Positions 28,203-37,901 of a stretch of 64,000 nucleotides of DNA are shown here, in pieces. The notes below the pieces were generated by a model. That model was not told the DNA's origin. It searched no databases and was given only the letters and a program-made list of their open reading frames with translations. The stretch lies in contig JAYTUV010000055.1 in NCBI GenBank assembly GCA_043744395.1, positions 62,247 through 126,246 on the forward strand, written 5' to 3'. Every line of letters starts with the position of its first letter. Positions within the stretch are counted from its first letter, which is position 1. The translations under genes were made by a program, and so were the position numbers. Source of the DNA: Aestuariivirga sp. (GTDB lineage Bacteria > Pseudomonadota > Alphaproteobacteria > Rhizobiales > Aestuariivirgaceae).

Positions 28203-29786
28203 ATGTATGACTATATTATCATAGGTGGCGGTTCGGCGGGTTGCGTGATGGCGGCCAGGCTTTCTGAAATGCCTGATGCGAAGGTGCTTTTGCTGGAAGC
28301 TGGCCCCAAGGACACCGACCCATATATCCACATGCCTGTTGGTTTTTTTAAAATGACGAGCGGGCCGTTGACTTGGGGCTTGAAGACAGCACCCATGCGC
28401 CACGCTAATAATCGCGAAATGGTTTACCCGCAAGCGCGCGTGTTGGGTGGCGGCAGTTCAATCAACGCCGAGATTTATACGCGCGGTTGCCCCGAGGATT
28501 ATGACGGTTGGGCAATTGAATTGGGTTGCAAGGGGTGGAGTGCAAAAGATCTTCAGCCTTATTTCATAAAATCAGAAGGTAACACAAAACTGGCTGGCCC
28601 AAATCATGGCATCGACGGGCCGCTTGGTGTTTCAGACAATGTGCCAAATCGTGTTTCCGCCGCCTATGTTCAAGGGTGCATGGATATTGGCATGCCGTTC
28701 AATCCTGATTTTAACTCCGGCAAACAAGAAGGCACTGGATTTTATCAGACGACCACGCGTGGCGGAAAACGTTGCAGCGCTGCCGTTGGATATTTGCGCC
28801 CCGCTTTGAAGCGATCAAATTTGGAATTGCGCACTGGCATAACTGTTTCGCGTATTGTGATTGAAAACGGCAAGGCCACGGGTGTCGAAATTATTGAAGG
28901 TGGTACCAAAAAGATTTTATCCACTTCAGGCGAGGTTATTTTAACGGCTGGAGCGATAGGTTCACCCAAGCTCATGATGTTATCTGGCATAGGCCCTGCC
29001 GCGCATTTGCGCGAAGTTGGTGTTACCGTTCAGCATGATCTCAAAGGTGTTGGTCAAAATCTGCATGACCATGTTTCAACCGATGTGACATGGGTTTTGA
29101 ATGGCCCGCATTCTTATGACAAATATAAAAAATTGCATTGGAAGATTGCCGCTGGTTTGCAATATCTGATGTTCAAGTCTGGCCCAGTCGCATCGAACAT
29201 TGTGGAGGCAGGTGCATTTTGGTGGGGCAACCGCGAAGACAAAACCCCCGATTTACAGTTTCATTTTCTGGCAGGTGCTGGTGTTGAAGAAGGCGTGGGC
29301 ACTGTTCCGGGTGGCAATGGTGCAACGTGTAATTCTTATTATACCAGACCCAAATCTCGCGGTGCCGTTACACTGCGCTCGAACAATCCTGCGGAGATGC
29401 CAATTGTCGATCCCAATTCCTTTGCCGAACCTTATGATCTGGAACGCCATATTGATGCAATCAAAATTACGCAGGAAGTTGGTTATTCTCGCGCGATGCA
29501 AAAATTTGTGAGCGCCGAACATTTTCCAGGTCCTGCCTGCAAAACCAAACAAGACTACATCGAATTGAGCCGGGCTAGCGCGCGTTCGTCTTATCATCCG
29601 GTTGGCACTTGCAAGATGGGTGTTGATGATATGGCGGTGGTTGATTTGGCGATGCGTGTTCATGGCATTGACCGACTTCGCATTTGCGACAGCTCCACAA
29701 TGCCGCGTGTGGTTTCATCCAACACCAATGCTCCAACCATCGCTATGGCTGAAAAAGCCGCCGATCTTATTCGTGGAAATCGCTAA
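28203..29786 (+). CDS. GMC-family FAD oxidoreductase, paralog 2
   Basis: 'DYIIIGGGSAGCVMAARLSE', 'GGGSSINAEIY', 'HPVGTCKMG', 'NTNAPTIAMAEKAADLI'. Confidence 0.9.
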   Translation: MYDYIIIGGGSAGCVMAARLSEMPDAKVLLLEAGPKDTDPYIHMPVGFFKMTSGPLTWGLKTAPMRHANNREMVYPQARVLGGGSSINAEIYTRGCPEDYDGWAIELGCKGWSAKDLQPYFIKSEGNTKLAGPNHGIDGPLGVSDNVPNRVSAAYVQGCMDIGMPFNPDFNSGKQEGTGFYQTTTRGGKRCSAAVGYLRPALKRSNLELRTGITVSRIVIENGKATGVEIIEGGTKKILSTSGEVILTAGAIGSPKLMMLSGIGPAAHLREVGVTVQHDLKGVGQNLHDHVSTDVTWVLNGPHSYDKYKKLHWKIAAGLQYLMFKSGPVASNIVEAGAFWWGNREDKTPDLQFHFLAGAGVEEGVGTVPGGNGATCNSYYTRPKSRGAVTLRSNNPAEMPIVDPNSFAEPYDLERHIDAIKITQEVGYSRAMQKFVSAEHFPGPACKTKQDYIELSRASARSSYHPVGTCKMGVDDMAVVDLAMRVHGIDRLRICDSSTMPRVVSSNTNAPTIAMAEKAADLIRGNR

Positions 29787-31363
29787 TGCCCAAAATCGTC
29801 TCCGCCGCCGAAGCCGTTTCAAATATCGCGGATGATGCGGTTGTCGCCGTAAATTCGTCATCGGGCTTATGTTGTCCTGATGCAGTGTTGAAGGCTTTGG
29901 GTGAGCGTTATGCGAAAGAACAACATCCACGTGGGCTAACAATGATCCACCCGATTGCCGCGGGTGATTTTTATGGAGTGAAGGGCATTGAGCATTTGAT
30001 GGAGGGTGACCAAGTGGCGCGCACCATCGCGGGCTCTTATCCATCGGGGCCATCATCGGCGGAACCACCAAAAATTTGGAACAAGATTACGGGCAATCAA
30101 ATTCCAGCTTACAATGTTCCATCCGGCATCGTGTTTGATATGTTGCGCGAAGCAGCGGCCAAGCGCCCCGGCGTTTTGACGAAGGTGGGTCTGGATACAT
30201 TTGTTGACCCAGATCAACAGGGCTGCGCCATGAATGCGTTGGCCGCGGCAGCGCCTATCGTGAAAAAAATCAATTTCGAAGGCGAGGAATTATTATTCTT
30301 TCCAACGATTGTTCCCCATGTCGGAATCATTCGGGCAACGACCTCAGACAAGCGCGGCAATTTGAGTTTTGAACAGGAAGGCGCATATTTGGGTGGCATG
30401 GAAGTGGCACTGGCCGCGCATAACAATGGCGGCATTGTGATTGCGCAGGTTAAACGCATCGTCGAAAATGAAACCATCAAAACCCATGATGTGCGCATTC
30501 CAGGCATTTTGATTGATTATATCGTTGAAGCGCCAGATCAATGGCAAACCACGCAAACGCCTTATGACCCTACAATCAGTGGCGAAGTGAGCAAACCTAT
30601 TTCTGATTTTGCATTGATGGAATTTGGCACAGGCAAAGTGATTGCGCGGCGGGTTGCACAAGAACTTAAAAAAGGCTGGGCGGTGAATCTTGGCTTTGGG
30701 GTTTCCGCTAATGTGCCGCGTATTCTGTTGGAAGAAGGACATCATGGCGATGTCACGTGGATGATCGAGCAAGGTGCCGTGGGCGGCATTCCGCTTTTGG
30801 AATTCCAGTTTGGCTGCTCGTCAAATGCCGAGGCCATTGTGCCTAGCCCCTATCAGTTTACCTATTTTCAAGCCGGTGGATTTGATTGCTCGCTGCTTTC
30901 ATTTTTACAGATCAGTGAAGATGGGTGCGTGAATGTGCACAAACTGGGCGCAAGACCGCATGTGACAGCGGGGGCAGGAGGCTTTGTGGATATTACCGCG
31001 CGGGCCAAGAAGATTTTGTTCTCGGGTTTCTATAATGCGGGTGCCAAGATGGATGTGGTGGATGGCAAACTGCGCATCAATCAAGAAGGCAAAATTAAAA
31101 AGCTGGTGAAGGCGTGTGAGCAGATCACATTCTCCGGCAGGCGTGGCGTGATGCAAAATCAGGATGTGACTTATGTAACTGAGCGGGCAGTTTTGAAATT
31201 AACTCGCGAAGGCATTGTTGTGACGGAGATCGCTCCCGGAGTTGAACTTCAATCAAACATTCTTGATCAATCGGAATTTTCGTTGATCGTTTCACCCAAA
31301 TTGAAATTGATGGACGTGAAACTTTTCAATGCGGCCATAACAGGATTGAAACTTCATGATTGA
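29786..31363 (+). CDS. acyl-CoA:acetate/3-ketoacid CoA-transferase (YdiF-like, fused alpha/beta)
   Basis: 525 aa. The N-terminus 'KIVSAAEAVSNIADDAVVAVNSSSG' and overall length are typical of single-chain family I CoA-transferases. TAATG coupling to the GMC gene. Confidence 0.75.
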   Translation: MPKIVSAAEAVSNIADDAVVAVNSSSGLCCPDAVLKALGERYAKEQHPRGLTMIHPIAAGDFYGVKGIEHLMEGDQVARTIAGSYPSGPSSAEPPKIWNKITGNQIPAYNVPSGIVFDMLREAAAKRPGVLTKVGLDTFVDPDQQGCAMNALAAAAPIVKKINFEGEELLFFPTIVPHVGIIRATTSDKRGNLSFEQEGAYLGGMEVALAAHNNGGIVIAQVKRIVENETIKTHDVRIPGILIDYIVEAPDQWQTTQTPYDPTISGEVSKPISDFALMEFGTGKVIARRVAQELKKGWAVNLGFGVSANVPRILLEEGHHGDVTWMIEQGAVGGIPLLEFQFGCSSNAEAIVPSPYQFTYFQAGGFDCSLLSFLQISEDGCVNVHKLGARPHVTAGAGGFVDITARAKKILFSGFYNAGAKMDVVDGKLRINQEGKIKKLVKACEQITFSGRRGVMQNQDVTYVTERAVLKLTREGIVVTEIAPGVELQSNILDQSEFSLIVSPKLKLMDVKLFNAAITGLKLHD

Positions 31364-32129
31364 TACAGGCAGTGAGTTCATAAAATTATCCGTGGACGGA
31401 GCAATTGCAACGATCACAATTTCACGGACTGATAAATTAAACGCACTGTTGTTCGAAATGATCTTGGCGTTGGAACATGCCGCTTATTTGATTGATGCGA
31501 ACAATGATGTGCGCGTTGCAATCTTCACAGGTGCTGGCGACCGGGCCTTTTGCGCAGGCGGTGATGTGAATGAATGGTCGAAAGTCGACCCGCAAGATTT
31601 TGGCCTGCAATGGGTGCGCGTTGGGCACCGGGCGTTTGATGCACTCACCCGTTTGCGCCAGCCATTGATTGCGGCGCTGAATGGGCACACACTTGGCGGC
31701 GGATTGGAATTGGCAGCTTGTGCAGATTTTCGCGTGGGTGAAGAGCACATTAAAATAGGCCTTCCCGAAACCGGCATCGGCATTATCCCCGGTTGGTCGG
31801 GAACACAGCGTTGCGTGAAACGCTTTGGCAGCCAAATTGTGCGGCGCATGTCGGTGCTGGGTGAGGTGTTGACGGCAGATCAAGCTTTGGCTTCAGGCGT
31901 TATCGACCGCATTGCGCTAAAAGGCAGCAGTGTGGCAGTGGCAAATGAAATGGCTGCGCAAATGATCGCCCGCAGTGGCTTTGCCACAACCGCCGCCAAA
32001 ATGATGATCAACGCCGCCGACGGCGAGGACGAGAGCCGTTCATTGGAAGCCTTGGCCGGAATTGGAGCCGCGCAAAGCTCTGAATTACAACAAGGATTGG
32101 CAAAATTCAGGAATAAAACTAAAAAATAA
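31356..32129 (+). CDS. enoyl-CoA hydratase/isomerase (crotonase) family protein
   Basis: 'FCAGGDVNEW', 'IAALNGHTLGGGLELAACADFRV'. 8-nt overlap with the CoA-transferase gene. Confidence 0.9.
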   Translation: MIDTGSEFIKLSVDGAIATITISRTDKLNALLFEMILALEHAAYLIDANNDVRVAIFTGAGDRAFCAGGDVNEWSKVDPQDFGLQWVRVGHRAFDALTRLRQPLIAALNGHTLGGGLELAACADFRVGEEHIKIGLPETGIGIIPGWSGTQRCVKRFGSQIVRRMSVLGEVLTADQALASGVIDRIALKGSSVAVANEMAAQMIARSGFATTAAKMMINAADGEDESRSLEALAGIGAAQSSELQQGLAKFRNKTKK

Positions 32130-32294
32130 GAAAATAACGCTTGACACCGTGCGGTCAACCTGCTATCCCTCACCATACTCCAAAAATCCGCCACCCCGAC
32201 AAGTCTTGCAAGCTGACTGAAGACGACGTTGGAGAGGGAATAACAGCCAGATCGAGACCTTGACAAAACGCGTCAAAAATGACACATTACTTTA

Positions 32295-32642
32295 ATGGTT
32301 GATCGTTCCAAAAAGCTGAGAGCGCAGTTTTACGAAACTTCAATAGGTCGAAAGCCCGTGCGTGACTGGCTTTTAGAACTGGGCGAAAATGATCGGCGTA
32401 TCATTGGCTTTGATATTCAGACGGTTGAATTCGGCTGGCCGGTTGGAATGCCAACCTGCAGACCACTGGGCAACGGCCTATGGGAAATACGCAGCAACCT
32501 GAGCGACGGGAAAATCGCGCGGGTGATATTCTTTATATGGAACGGAGCGATGGTTCTGCTCCACGGCTTCGTAAAGAAGACCCAAAAGACACCCCCGCAA
32601 GATATTGATCTGGCGGAAAAGCGCAGAAAGGACATTGAATGA
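32295..32642 (+). CDS. type II toxin, RelE/ParE superfamily (HigB / Gp49-like)
   Basis: 115 aa, 'VLLHGFVKKTQKTPPQDIDLAEKRRKD' typical of Gp49/HigB-like toxins. The toxin gene comes first, with an ATGA overlap to the antitoxin. Confidence 0.8.
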   Translation: MVDRSKKLRAQFYETSIGRKPVRDWLLELGENDRRIIGFDIQTVEFGWPVGMPTCRPLGNGLWEIRSNLSDGKIARVIFFIWNGAMVLLHGFVKKTQKTPPQDIDLAEKRRKDIE

Positions 32643-32935
32643 TGGAAAAACAATTGAAAGGCAAAATAAGCAAAGAGACCTTTGACGAGTTTCTCGATTC
32701 TCAGGGCCTGCTCGAAGAGGCCGAAGAAGTGGCGATCAAGCGCGTTCTGTCTTGGCAAATTGCCGAAGCCATGAAAGCCCAAGGCATAACCAAAACTGCC
32801 ATGGCCGCCCGCATGAAAACCGACCGCCGCCAACTCGACCGCCTGCTTGATCCTGAAAATCCGTCAGTAACGCTCAGCACATTGCGCCGCGCGGCGAGTG
32901 CAGTAGGGCGGACTTTGCGGATTGAGTTGGCATAG
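32639..32935 (+). CDS. XRE-family HTH antitoxin (HigA-like)
   Basis: 98 aa, 'AQGITKTAMAARMKTDRRQLDRLLDPENPSVTLSTLRRAASAVG'. Confidence 0.8.
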   Translation: MMEKQLKGKISKETFDEFLDSQGLLEEAEEVAIKRVLSWQIAEAMKAQGITKTAMAARMKTDRRQLDRLLDPENPSVTLSTLRRAASAVGRTLRIELA

Positions 32936-33056
32936 AATAGAAACGATGGTGGCTTTTTGGGGCCAGAGAATGAACGGGCATCGCAATCCCTGCCGCGCCA
33001 AAAGGGGTTGGGCGAAGTGATTTCACATATCGAACAGTTTGGTTGGCTAAACCCAC

Positions 33057-33089
33057 AATAAAAAACCCTCCCCCAAAATCGGGAGAGGG
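33057..33089 (-). terminator. rho-independent terminator of the BMP/ABC operon
   Basis: Minus strand reads ccctctcccgattttgggggaggg followed by ttttttatt, 27 nt after the stop at 33117. Confidence 0.8.
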
Positions 33090-33116
33090 CCAGATATTTC
33101 AAAGGCAATAATGAAC

Positions 33117-34196
33117 TTACGCGCCTTCAACGCCTTTCACGAACCAGTCAATGCCGGCCAATGCGCCATCATCGAGCTTGGCGCCCTTGGCCACTTTTTC
33201 AGCGCCAGATTGATCAGCGATTGGGCCTGTGAACACGTCATAGCTGCCATCTAGCCAACCAGCCTTGATCTTGTCTGCGGCTGCCGCAATTTCCTTCGAG
33301 ACTGATGCGTTATACGGAGAGATCACGACAGAGCCTTCCTTCATGCCCCACCATGTGTCACCAGACTTCCATGAACCATCGAGAACAGCCTTGGCACGTG
33401 AGGTGTAATATGGCCCCCAGATGTCTTCTATTGCTGTGAGATGTGCCTTTGGTGCGAAGCGCGACATGTCAGCGCCTTGGCCAAAGCCGAAGATGCCCTT
33501 CTTTTCGCAAACTTGAAGACAGGCTGCGCTGTCTGTGTGTGCGGTGATCACATCGCAACCGAGGTTAGCCAGGGTTTCGGCTGCAGCAGCTTCCTTGGCA
33601 GGATCAAACCACGAGTCGATCATGACCATCTTCACCTTCACATTTGGATTCACAGCTTGTGCTGCGAGCGTGAAGGCGTTGATGCCCATAACGACTTCAG
33701 GAACCTTGAAGGAACCAAGATAACCGATGGTGCCTGTCTTGGTGGTCAAGCCAGCGATTGTGCCCAATACGGCGCGTCCCTGGTGGAAGCGCGAGTTATA
33801 GGTTGCGACATTGTCGGCGCGTTTAAATCCTGTGCAATGCTCAAACTTTACATCTGGGAATTCTTTGGCAACGGCCAAAGTTTGATCCATATAACCAAAT
33901 GAGCTTGTGAAGATCAGCTTGTGGCCTTGTTGAGCCAAATCACGAATGATCGGAGCAGCCGATGCATCTTCGGCAACGTTTTCAACATAGTCAGCCACAA
34001 CTGCGCCGCCCAGTGCATCAACCATCGCCTTGCGGCCTTTTTCATGCGCCCATGTCCAACCGAAATCGCCGATTGGGCCGAGATAGATAAAGCCAACTTT
34101 GAGTGGATCAGCAGCCATGGCGCGGCCACCGATCATTGGCATGGCGAGTGCTGCGGCACTGGCCTTGATCAAATTACGTCTGTTAATAGTCATCAC
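33117..34196 (-). CDS. BMP-family (basic membrane protein) ABC substrate-binding protein, nucleoside-type
   Basis: Tat-like signal 'MMTINRRNLIKASAAALAMPMIGGRAMA'. BMP-like body ('GFIYLGPIGDFGWT'). Confidence 0.85.
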   Translation of the reverse strand: MMTINRRNLIKASAAALAMPMIGGRAMAADPLKVGFIYLGPIGDFGWTWAHEKGRKAMVDALGGAVVADYVENVAEDASAAPIIRDLAQQGHKLIFTSSFGYMDQTLAVAKEFPDVKFEHCTGFKRADNVATYNSRFHQGRAVLGTIAGLTTKTGTIGYLGSFKVPEVVMGINAFTLAAQAVNPNVKVKMVMIDSWFDPAKEAAAAETLANLGCDVITAHTDSAACLQVCEKKGIFGFGQGADMSRFAPKAHLTAIEDIWGPYYTSRAKAVLDGSWKSGDTWWGMKEGSVVISPYNASVSKEIAAAADKIKAGWLDGSYDVFTGPIADQSGAEKVAKGAKLDDGALAGIDWFVKGVEGA

Positions 34197-34219
34197 ATAG
34201 TTCTCCCTGTTGAATTAAA

Positions 34220-35143
34220 TTAGTCAGTCGGCATAAATGGCTTGCCAAGACAGGCGGGCGCTTCGCTTCCGGTGCGTTCGCGCGCTGAGATAACAGCCAA
34301 TACGATGATCGCCATCAGATAAGGCATAGCAGCCCAGAACTGTGACGGCAAAATTGCATTTTTAGACGCTTTGGCATAAAATTCCAAAGTCATCAAAATT
34401 CCAAAGAAATAAGCCCCGCCCAAAAGACGGCTTGGTTTCCAGCCTGCAAACACCACGAGGGCTAGCGCAATCCAACCCCTGCCCGCCGTCATCTGCTGCG
34501 CCCACATTGGGGTGATGACCATTGAGAAATAACTGCCAGCAACACCAGCCATGGCACCCCCAAAGGCAATGGCACCATAGCGAATGCCAATCACTGAATA
34601 ACCGATCGAATGGGCTGAATGATCATTCTCCCCCACCGCGCGAAGCACTAGGCCAGCGCGGGTACGTTTCAAAAACCACGACACAGCAAATACCATAAAC
34701 AATGCGAAATAAACCATTGGCGAATGGCCGAAGATGACGCGCATGATGGGGTCGCGGACCAATCCATCAGGAAATACGCTCGAAAATTCTGGCACGATGA
34801 TGCCCACAAAACTATTGCCGATCAAAGTTGAAAGCCCAATGCCAAAGATTGCCAGTGCCAAACCTGTGGCCACTTGGTTTGCACCAAATGTTAAAACGAG
34901 CAGGCCAAACACCAGTGATGCAGCAGCACCTGCCGCCGCCGCCGCCAATATGCCGAGCCATGGATTGAACGTTGTGAATGTGACGGCAAAGCCTGTGACC
35001 GCGCCGATCAACATCATGCCTTCGACGCCGAGATTTAGGACGCCACTTTTTTCAACCACAAGCTCGCCAGTTGCAGCCAAAAGAATTGGCGTCGAAATGC
35101 CGATAACTGTGATGAACGCGGAGATGAAGAAATCAAGCGTCAT
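34220..35143 (-). CDS. ABC transporter permease (BPD_transp_2 type)
   Basis: 307 aa polytopic protein. 4-nt overlap with the upstream permease gene. Confidence 0.85.
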   Translation of the reverse strand: MTLDFFISAFITVIGISTPILLAATGELVVEKSGVLNLGVEGMMLIGAVTGFAVTFTTFNPWLGILAAAAAGAAASLVFGLLVLTFGANQVATGLALAIFGIGLSTLIGNSFVGIIVPEFSSVFPDGLVRDPIMRVIFGHSPMVYFALFMVFAVSWFLKRTRAGLVLRAVGENDHSAHSIGYSVIGIRYGAIAFGGAMAGVAGSYFSMVITPMWAQQMTAGRGWIALALVVFAGWKPSRLLGGAYFFGILMTLEFYAKASKNAILPSQFWAAMPYLMAIIVLAVISARERTGSEAPACLGKPFMPTD

Positions 35144-36216
35144 ACGGCTGCTTTCACGTTGCGATGAATACGCAGACGGTAGCGCACCAAAACATCACCA
35201 GCGAGAATGAGGAACAACATGAGCGCTTGGAAAATGCCACCCGAAGCGCTGGGCACGTGCACGGTGGTTTGCGCCACTTGCCCACCGACGGACGTAATGG
35301 CCAACACAAATCCTGCAATGAAAATGCCAATGGGGTTTAAGCGGCCCACGAACGAAACAATGATGGCTGTGAAGCCATAACCCGACGGAAAACCCAAATT
35401 AAGTTGTCCCAATTGGCTGGTCGCTTCCAGAATTCCAGCCAGCCCCGCCATGCCACCGCTGATCATCAAGGTTGACCAGATGGTTTGATTGGCATTGAAC
35501 CCGCCATAACGCGCAGCATGAGGTGCTGCACCACTCACCCGCACGTTAAAACCATAAAGCGATTTTTTCATCACAACCCAAAACACAATTGTGAGGACGA
35601 ATGCAAAGATCAAACCCGGTGGAATTGACGTGCCCGGAATGAGGCGTGGCAAAAGCTGCGCATCAGTGAAGGCAGCAGTCTGCGGAAAGTTATGGCCGTT
35701 CGGATCTTTCCAAGGGCCAGTGATGAGGTAGCTCAACAACTGAAGCGCCACATAAACCAACATGAGGCTGGACAGCACTTCATTGACTTTAAAACGTGTT
35801 CGCAAAATCGCAGGAATAGCGGCATAAAGTGCACCACCAATCACCCCTGCAATCAACATCAGAATCAAAACCCAATGGCCAGTCACATTGGGCGTGAGAT
35901 AAGCAACACCCGCTCCAGCCGCAGCACCAACAATATATTGCCCCTCGGCCCCAATGTTCCACACCTTGGCCGTATTGCCGAGCGATAAGCCCAGCGCAAT
36001 GATGATTAAGGGCGCAGCCTTGGTGGCCACGTCTTGCCATTTGTAGGAGGCGAGAACAGGCGTGAAGAAAAATTCTTTAATGGTGCGCTGGCCGTCAAAG
36101 CCAAGCGCATCAAACAATATCGCACCAATGATCATGGTCAAAACCACAGCGGAAATCGGCGTGGCGATCTGCATCATTTTGCTAGGTTCGAGGCGTTTTT
36201 CAAATCTAATGCGCAT
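35140..36216 (-). CDS. ABC transporter permease
   Basis: Polytopic. The MRIRFEKRLE start at 36216 overlaps the ATPase stop by 11 nt. The 36306 extension lies inside the ATPase gene. Confidence 0.8.
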   Translation of the reverse strand: MRIRFEKRLEPSKMMQIATPISAVVLTMIIGAILFDALGFDGQRTIKEFFFTPVLASYKWQDVATKAAPLIIIALGLSLGNTAKVWNIGAEGQYIVGAAAGAGVAYLTPNVTGHWVLILMLIAGVIGGALYAAIPAILRTRFKVNEVLSSLMLVYVALQLLSYLITGPWKDPNGHNFPQTAAFTDAQLLPRLIPGTSIPPGLIFAFVLTIVFWVVMKKSLYGFNVRVSGAAPHAARYGGFNANQTIWSTLMISGGMAGLAGILEATSQLGQLNLGFPSGYGFTAIIVSFVGRLNPIGIFIAGFVLAITSVGGQVAQTTVHVPSASGGIFQALMLFLILAGDVLVRYRLRIHRNVKAAV

Positions 36217-37750
36217 GCGCTGCCTCGCCGTGCACACCGCCCATAAGAAGGCCAATCTCTTCAATCGAAACTGTGCCGACTTTGCGCGGTGGCGACAGAT
36301 GGCCAAGATTAATAACGCTCATTGTATCGCTCAAATCCAGCAATTCATCGAGATCTTGTGAGATCACCACAATGGCTGAACCCTTTGCCGCAAGATCAAC
36401 AATGGCCTGGCGGATGGCTGATGCTGCTCCGGCATCAACGCCCCAAGTCGGTTGGCTAACGATCAAAACGTCTGGCGCCTGCAAAATCTCACGGCCCATG
36501 ATAAATTTTTGCAAATTGCCGCCCGAAAGCGAGCCCGCCAAAGATGTAGGTCCCAAAGCTTTCACTTTAAAACTTTCGATCACACTGGCTGCAAACCTGC
36601 TGGCCTTTCCAGCATCAATCATTCCGTTGGATACAATGTTTTTGCGCTGCCGCGCCGTGAGCAAAGCATTTTCCGTCAAATTAAATTCACCAACAGCGGC
36701 ATGACCATTGCGTTCTTCAGGCACAGAACACAAGCCCAGTTGACGGCGATCCGATGGCCCCATGTGGCCCAGCGCTTTGCCGTCAAGCGTAATTGAATTT
36801 GAATCGCTCGACGCAACTTCGCCGCCCAAAACTTCCAGCAATTCATTTTGGCCATTGCCCGCAACGCCAGCAATTCCAAAAATTTCGCCAGCACGAACAT
36901 TGAAATTGATATCATGCAACGCCACCCCAAAATCACCGCGCTTAGGCATGTTCAAAGATTTCACTTCAAACTTTGCTGCACCAAACTCACGACCCTCTGA
37001 TTTCGACACATCTTTAAGATTGCCACCAATCATCAACTCAGCCATTTCGCGCGATGTCTTCTTACGCGGATCACATGTGGCCACAAGTTTGCCACCACGC
37101 AAAATTGTTGCGGTTTCACACAAGACAACAATCTCATGAAGCTTGTGTGAGATATAAAGAATGGAACACCCACCAACCGAAAGCTTGCGCAAAGTTTCAA
37201 ACAATTGTTCCACTTCTTGCGGCGTCAGCACAGAAGTTGGTTCATCCATGATCAGTAATTTTGGATTGAGCAAAAGCGCGCGCACAATTTCAATGCGCTG
37301 CCGTTCACCCACACTGAGCGTTGCCACGACGCGCTGCGGATCAAGCTTCAAACCATATTGATCCATAACTTTTCGAATTTCGGCCTCAAGATCACGCTGC
37401 GAAATTTTCGCGTCTAAACCGAGTGCGATGTTTTCAAGAACCGTCAAAGCTTCAAACAGTGAGAAGTGTTGAAACACCATGCCAATGCCCAGCTTGCGCG
37501 CGGCTTTGGGAGAGGTGATGCGCATGGCTTCACCATTCCAAATGATCTCGCCTTGGTCTGGCTGCATGATGCCGTAAATCATTTTGACGAGCGTGGATTT
37601 GCCAGCGCCATTTTCACCAAGCAAAGCGTGAATCTCGCCCGCACCAACCTGAACACTCACATGATCATTGGCCAAGACACCGGGGAATTGTTTCGAAATC
37701 CCCTTTAATTCAAGCCGCAATGGCCCACGAGCCGTCATTCGTTTTTCCAA
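36206..37750 (-). CDS. ABC transporter ATP-binding protein (duplicated ATPase, sugar/nucleoside type)
   Basis: Walker A 'GENGAGKST' and the degenerate second 'GVAGNGQNEL'. Signatures 'LSVGERQRIEI' and 'LSGGNLQKF'. Confidence 0.92.
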   Translation of the reverse strand: MEKRMTARGPLRLELKGISKQFPGVLANDHVSVQVGAGEIHALLGENGAGKSTLVKMIYGIMQPDQGEIIWNGEAMRITSPKAARKLGIGMVFQHFSLFEALTVLENIALGLDAKISQRDLEAEIRKVMDQYGLKLDPQRVVATLSVGERQRIEIVRALLLNPKLLIMDEPTSVLTPQEVEQLFETLRKLSVGGCSILYISHKLHEIVVLCETATILRGGKLVATCDPRKKTSREMAELMIGGNLKDVSKSEGREFGAAKFEVKSLNMPKRGDFGVALHDINFNVRAGEIFGIAGVAGNGQNELLEVLGGEVASSDSNSITLDGKALGHMGPSDRRQLGLCSVPEERNGHAAVGEFNLTENALLTARQRKNIVSNGMIDAGKASRFAASVIESFKVKALGPTSLAGSLSGGNLQKFIMGREILQAPDVLIVSQPTWGVDAGAASAIRQAIVDLAAKGSAIVVISQDLDELLDLSDTMSVINLGHLSPPRKVGTVSIEEIGLLMGGVHGEAAHAH

Positions 37751-37901
37751 ATCCCCGTCGCTGGCTTTTCGCCAAATTTTAAAGCACTATGGCAGAATGA
37801 AAAAGTCAGGCAAGTAAAGCCTGTTAAAAACTTGGGCAAAAATCGAGGATTTATGGATTCTGCACAATTTTTAGCGCACTGCCCCAATTTTTACCAAGGA
37901 A

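Noticed and set aside
34734-35210. Plus-strand 158-aa ORF; similar ORFs at 36273..36704 and 36762..37139
   Set aside because: They are antisense to the ABC permease and ATPase genes. Their hydrophilic Ser/Pro/Thr-rich composition is typical of the reverse strand of membrane or ATPase genes.
37751-37901. Possible purine riboswitch upstream of the nucleoside ABC operon
   Set aside because: I read both strands for the conserved purine-riboswitch core (three-way junction with UAUA...CUAC-type loops) and found nothing resembling it. No convincing structure is present.
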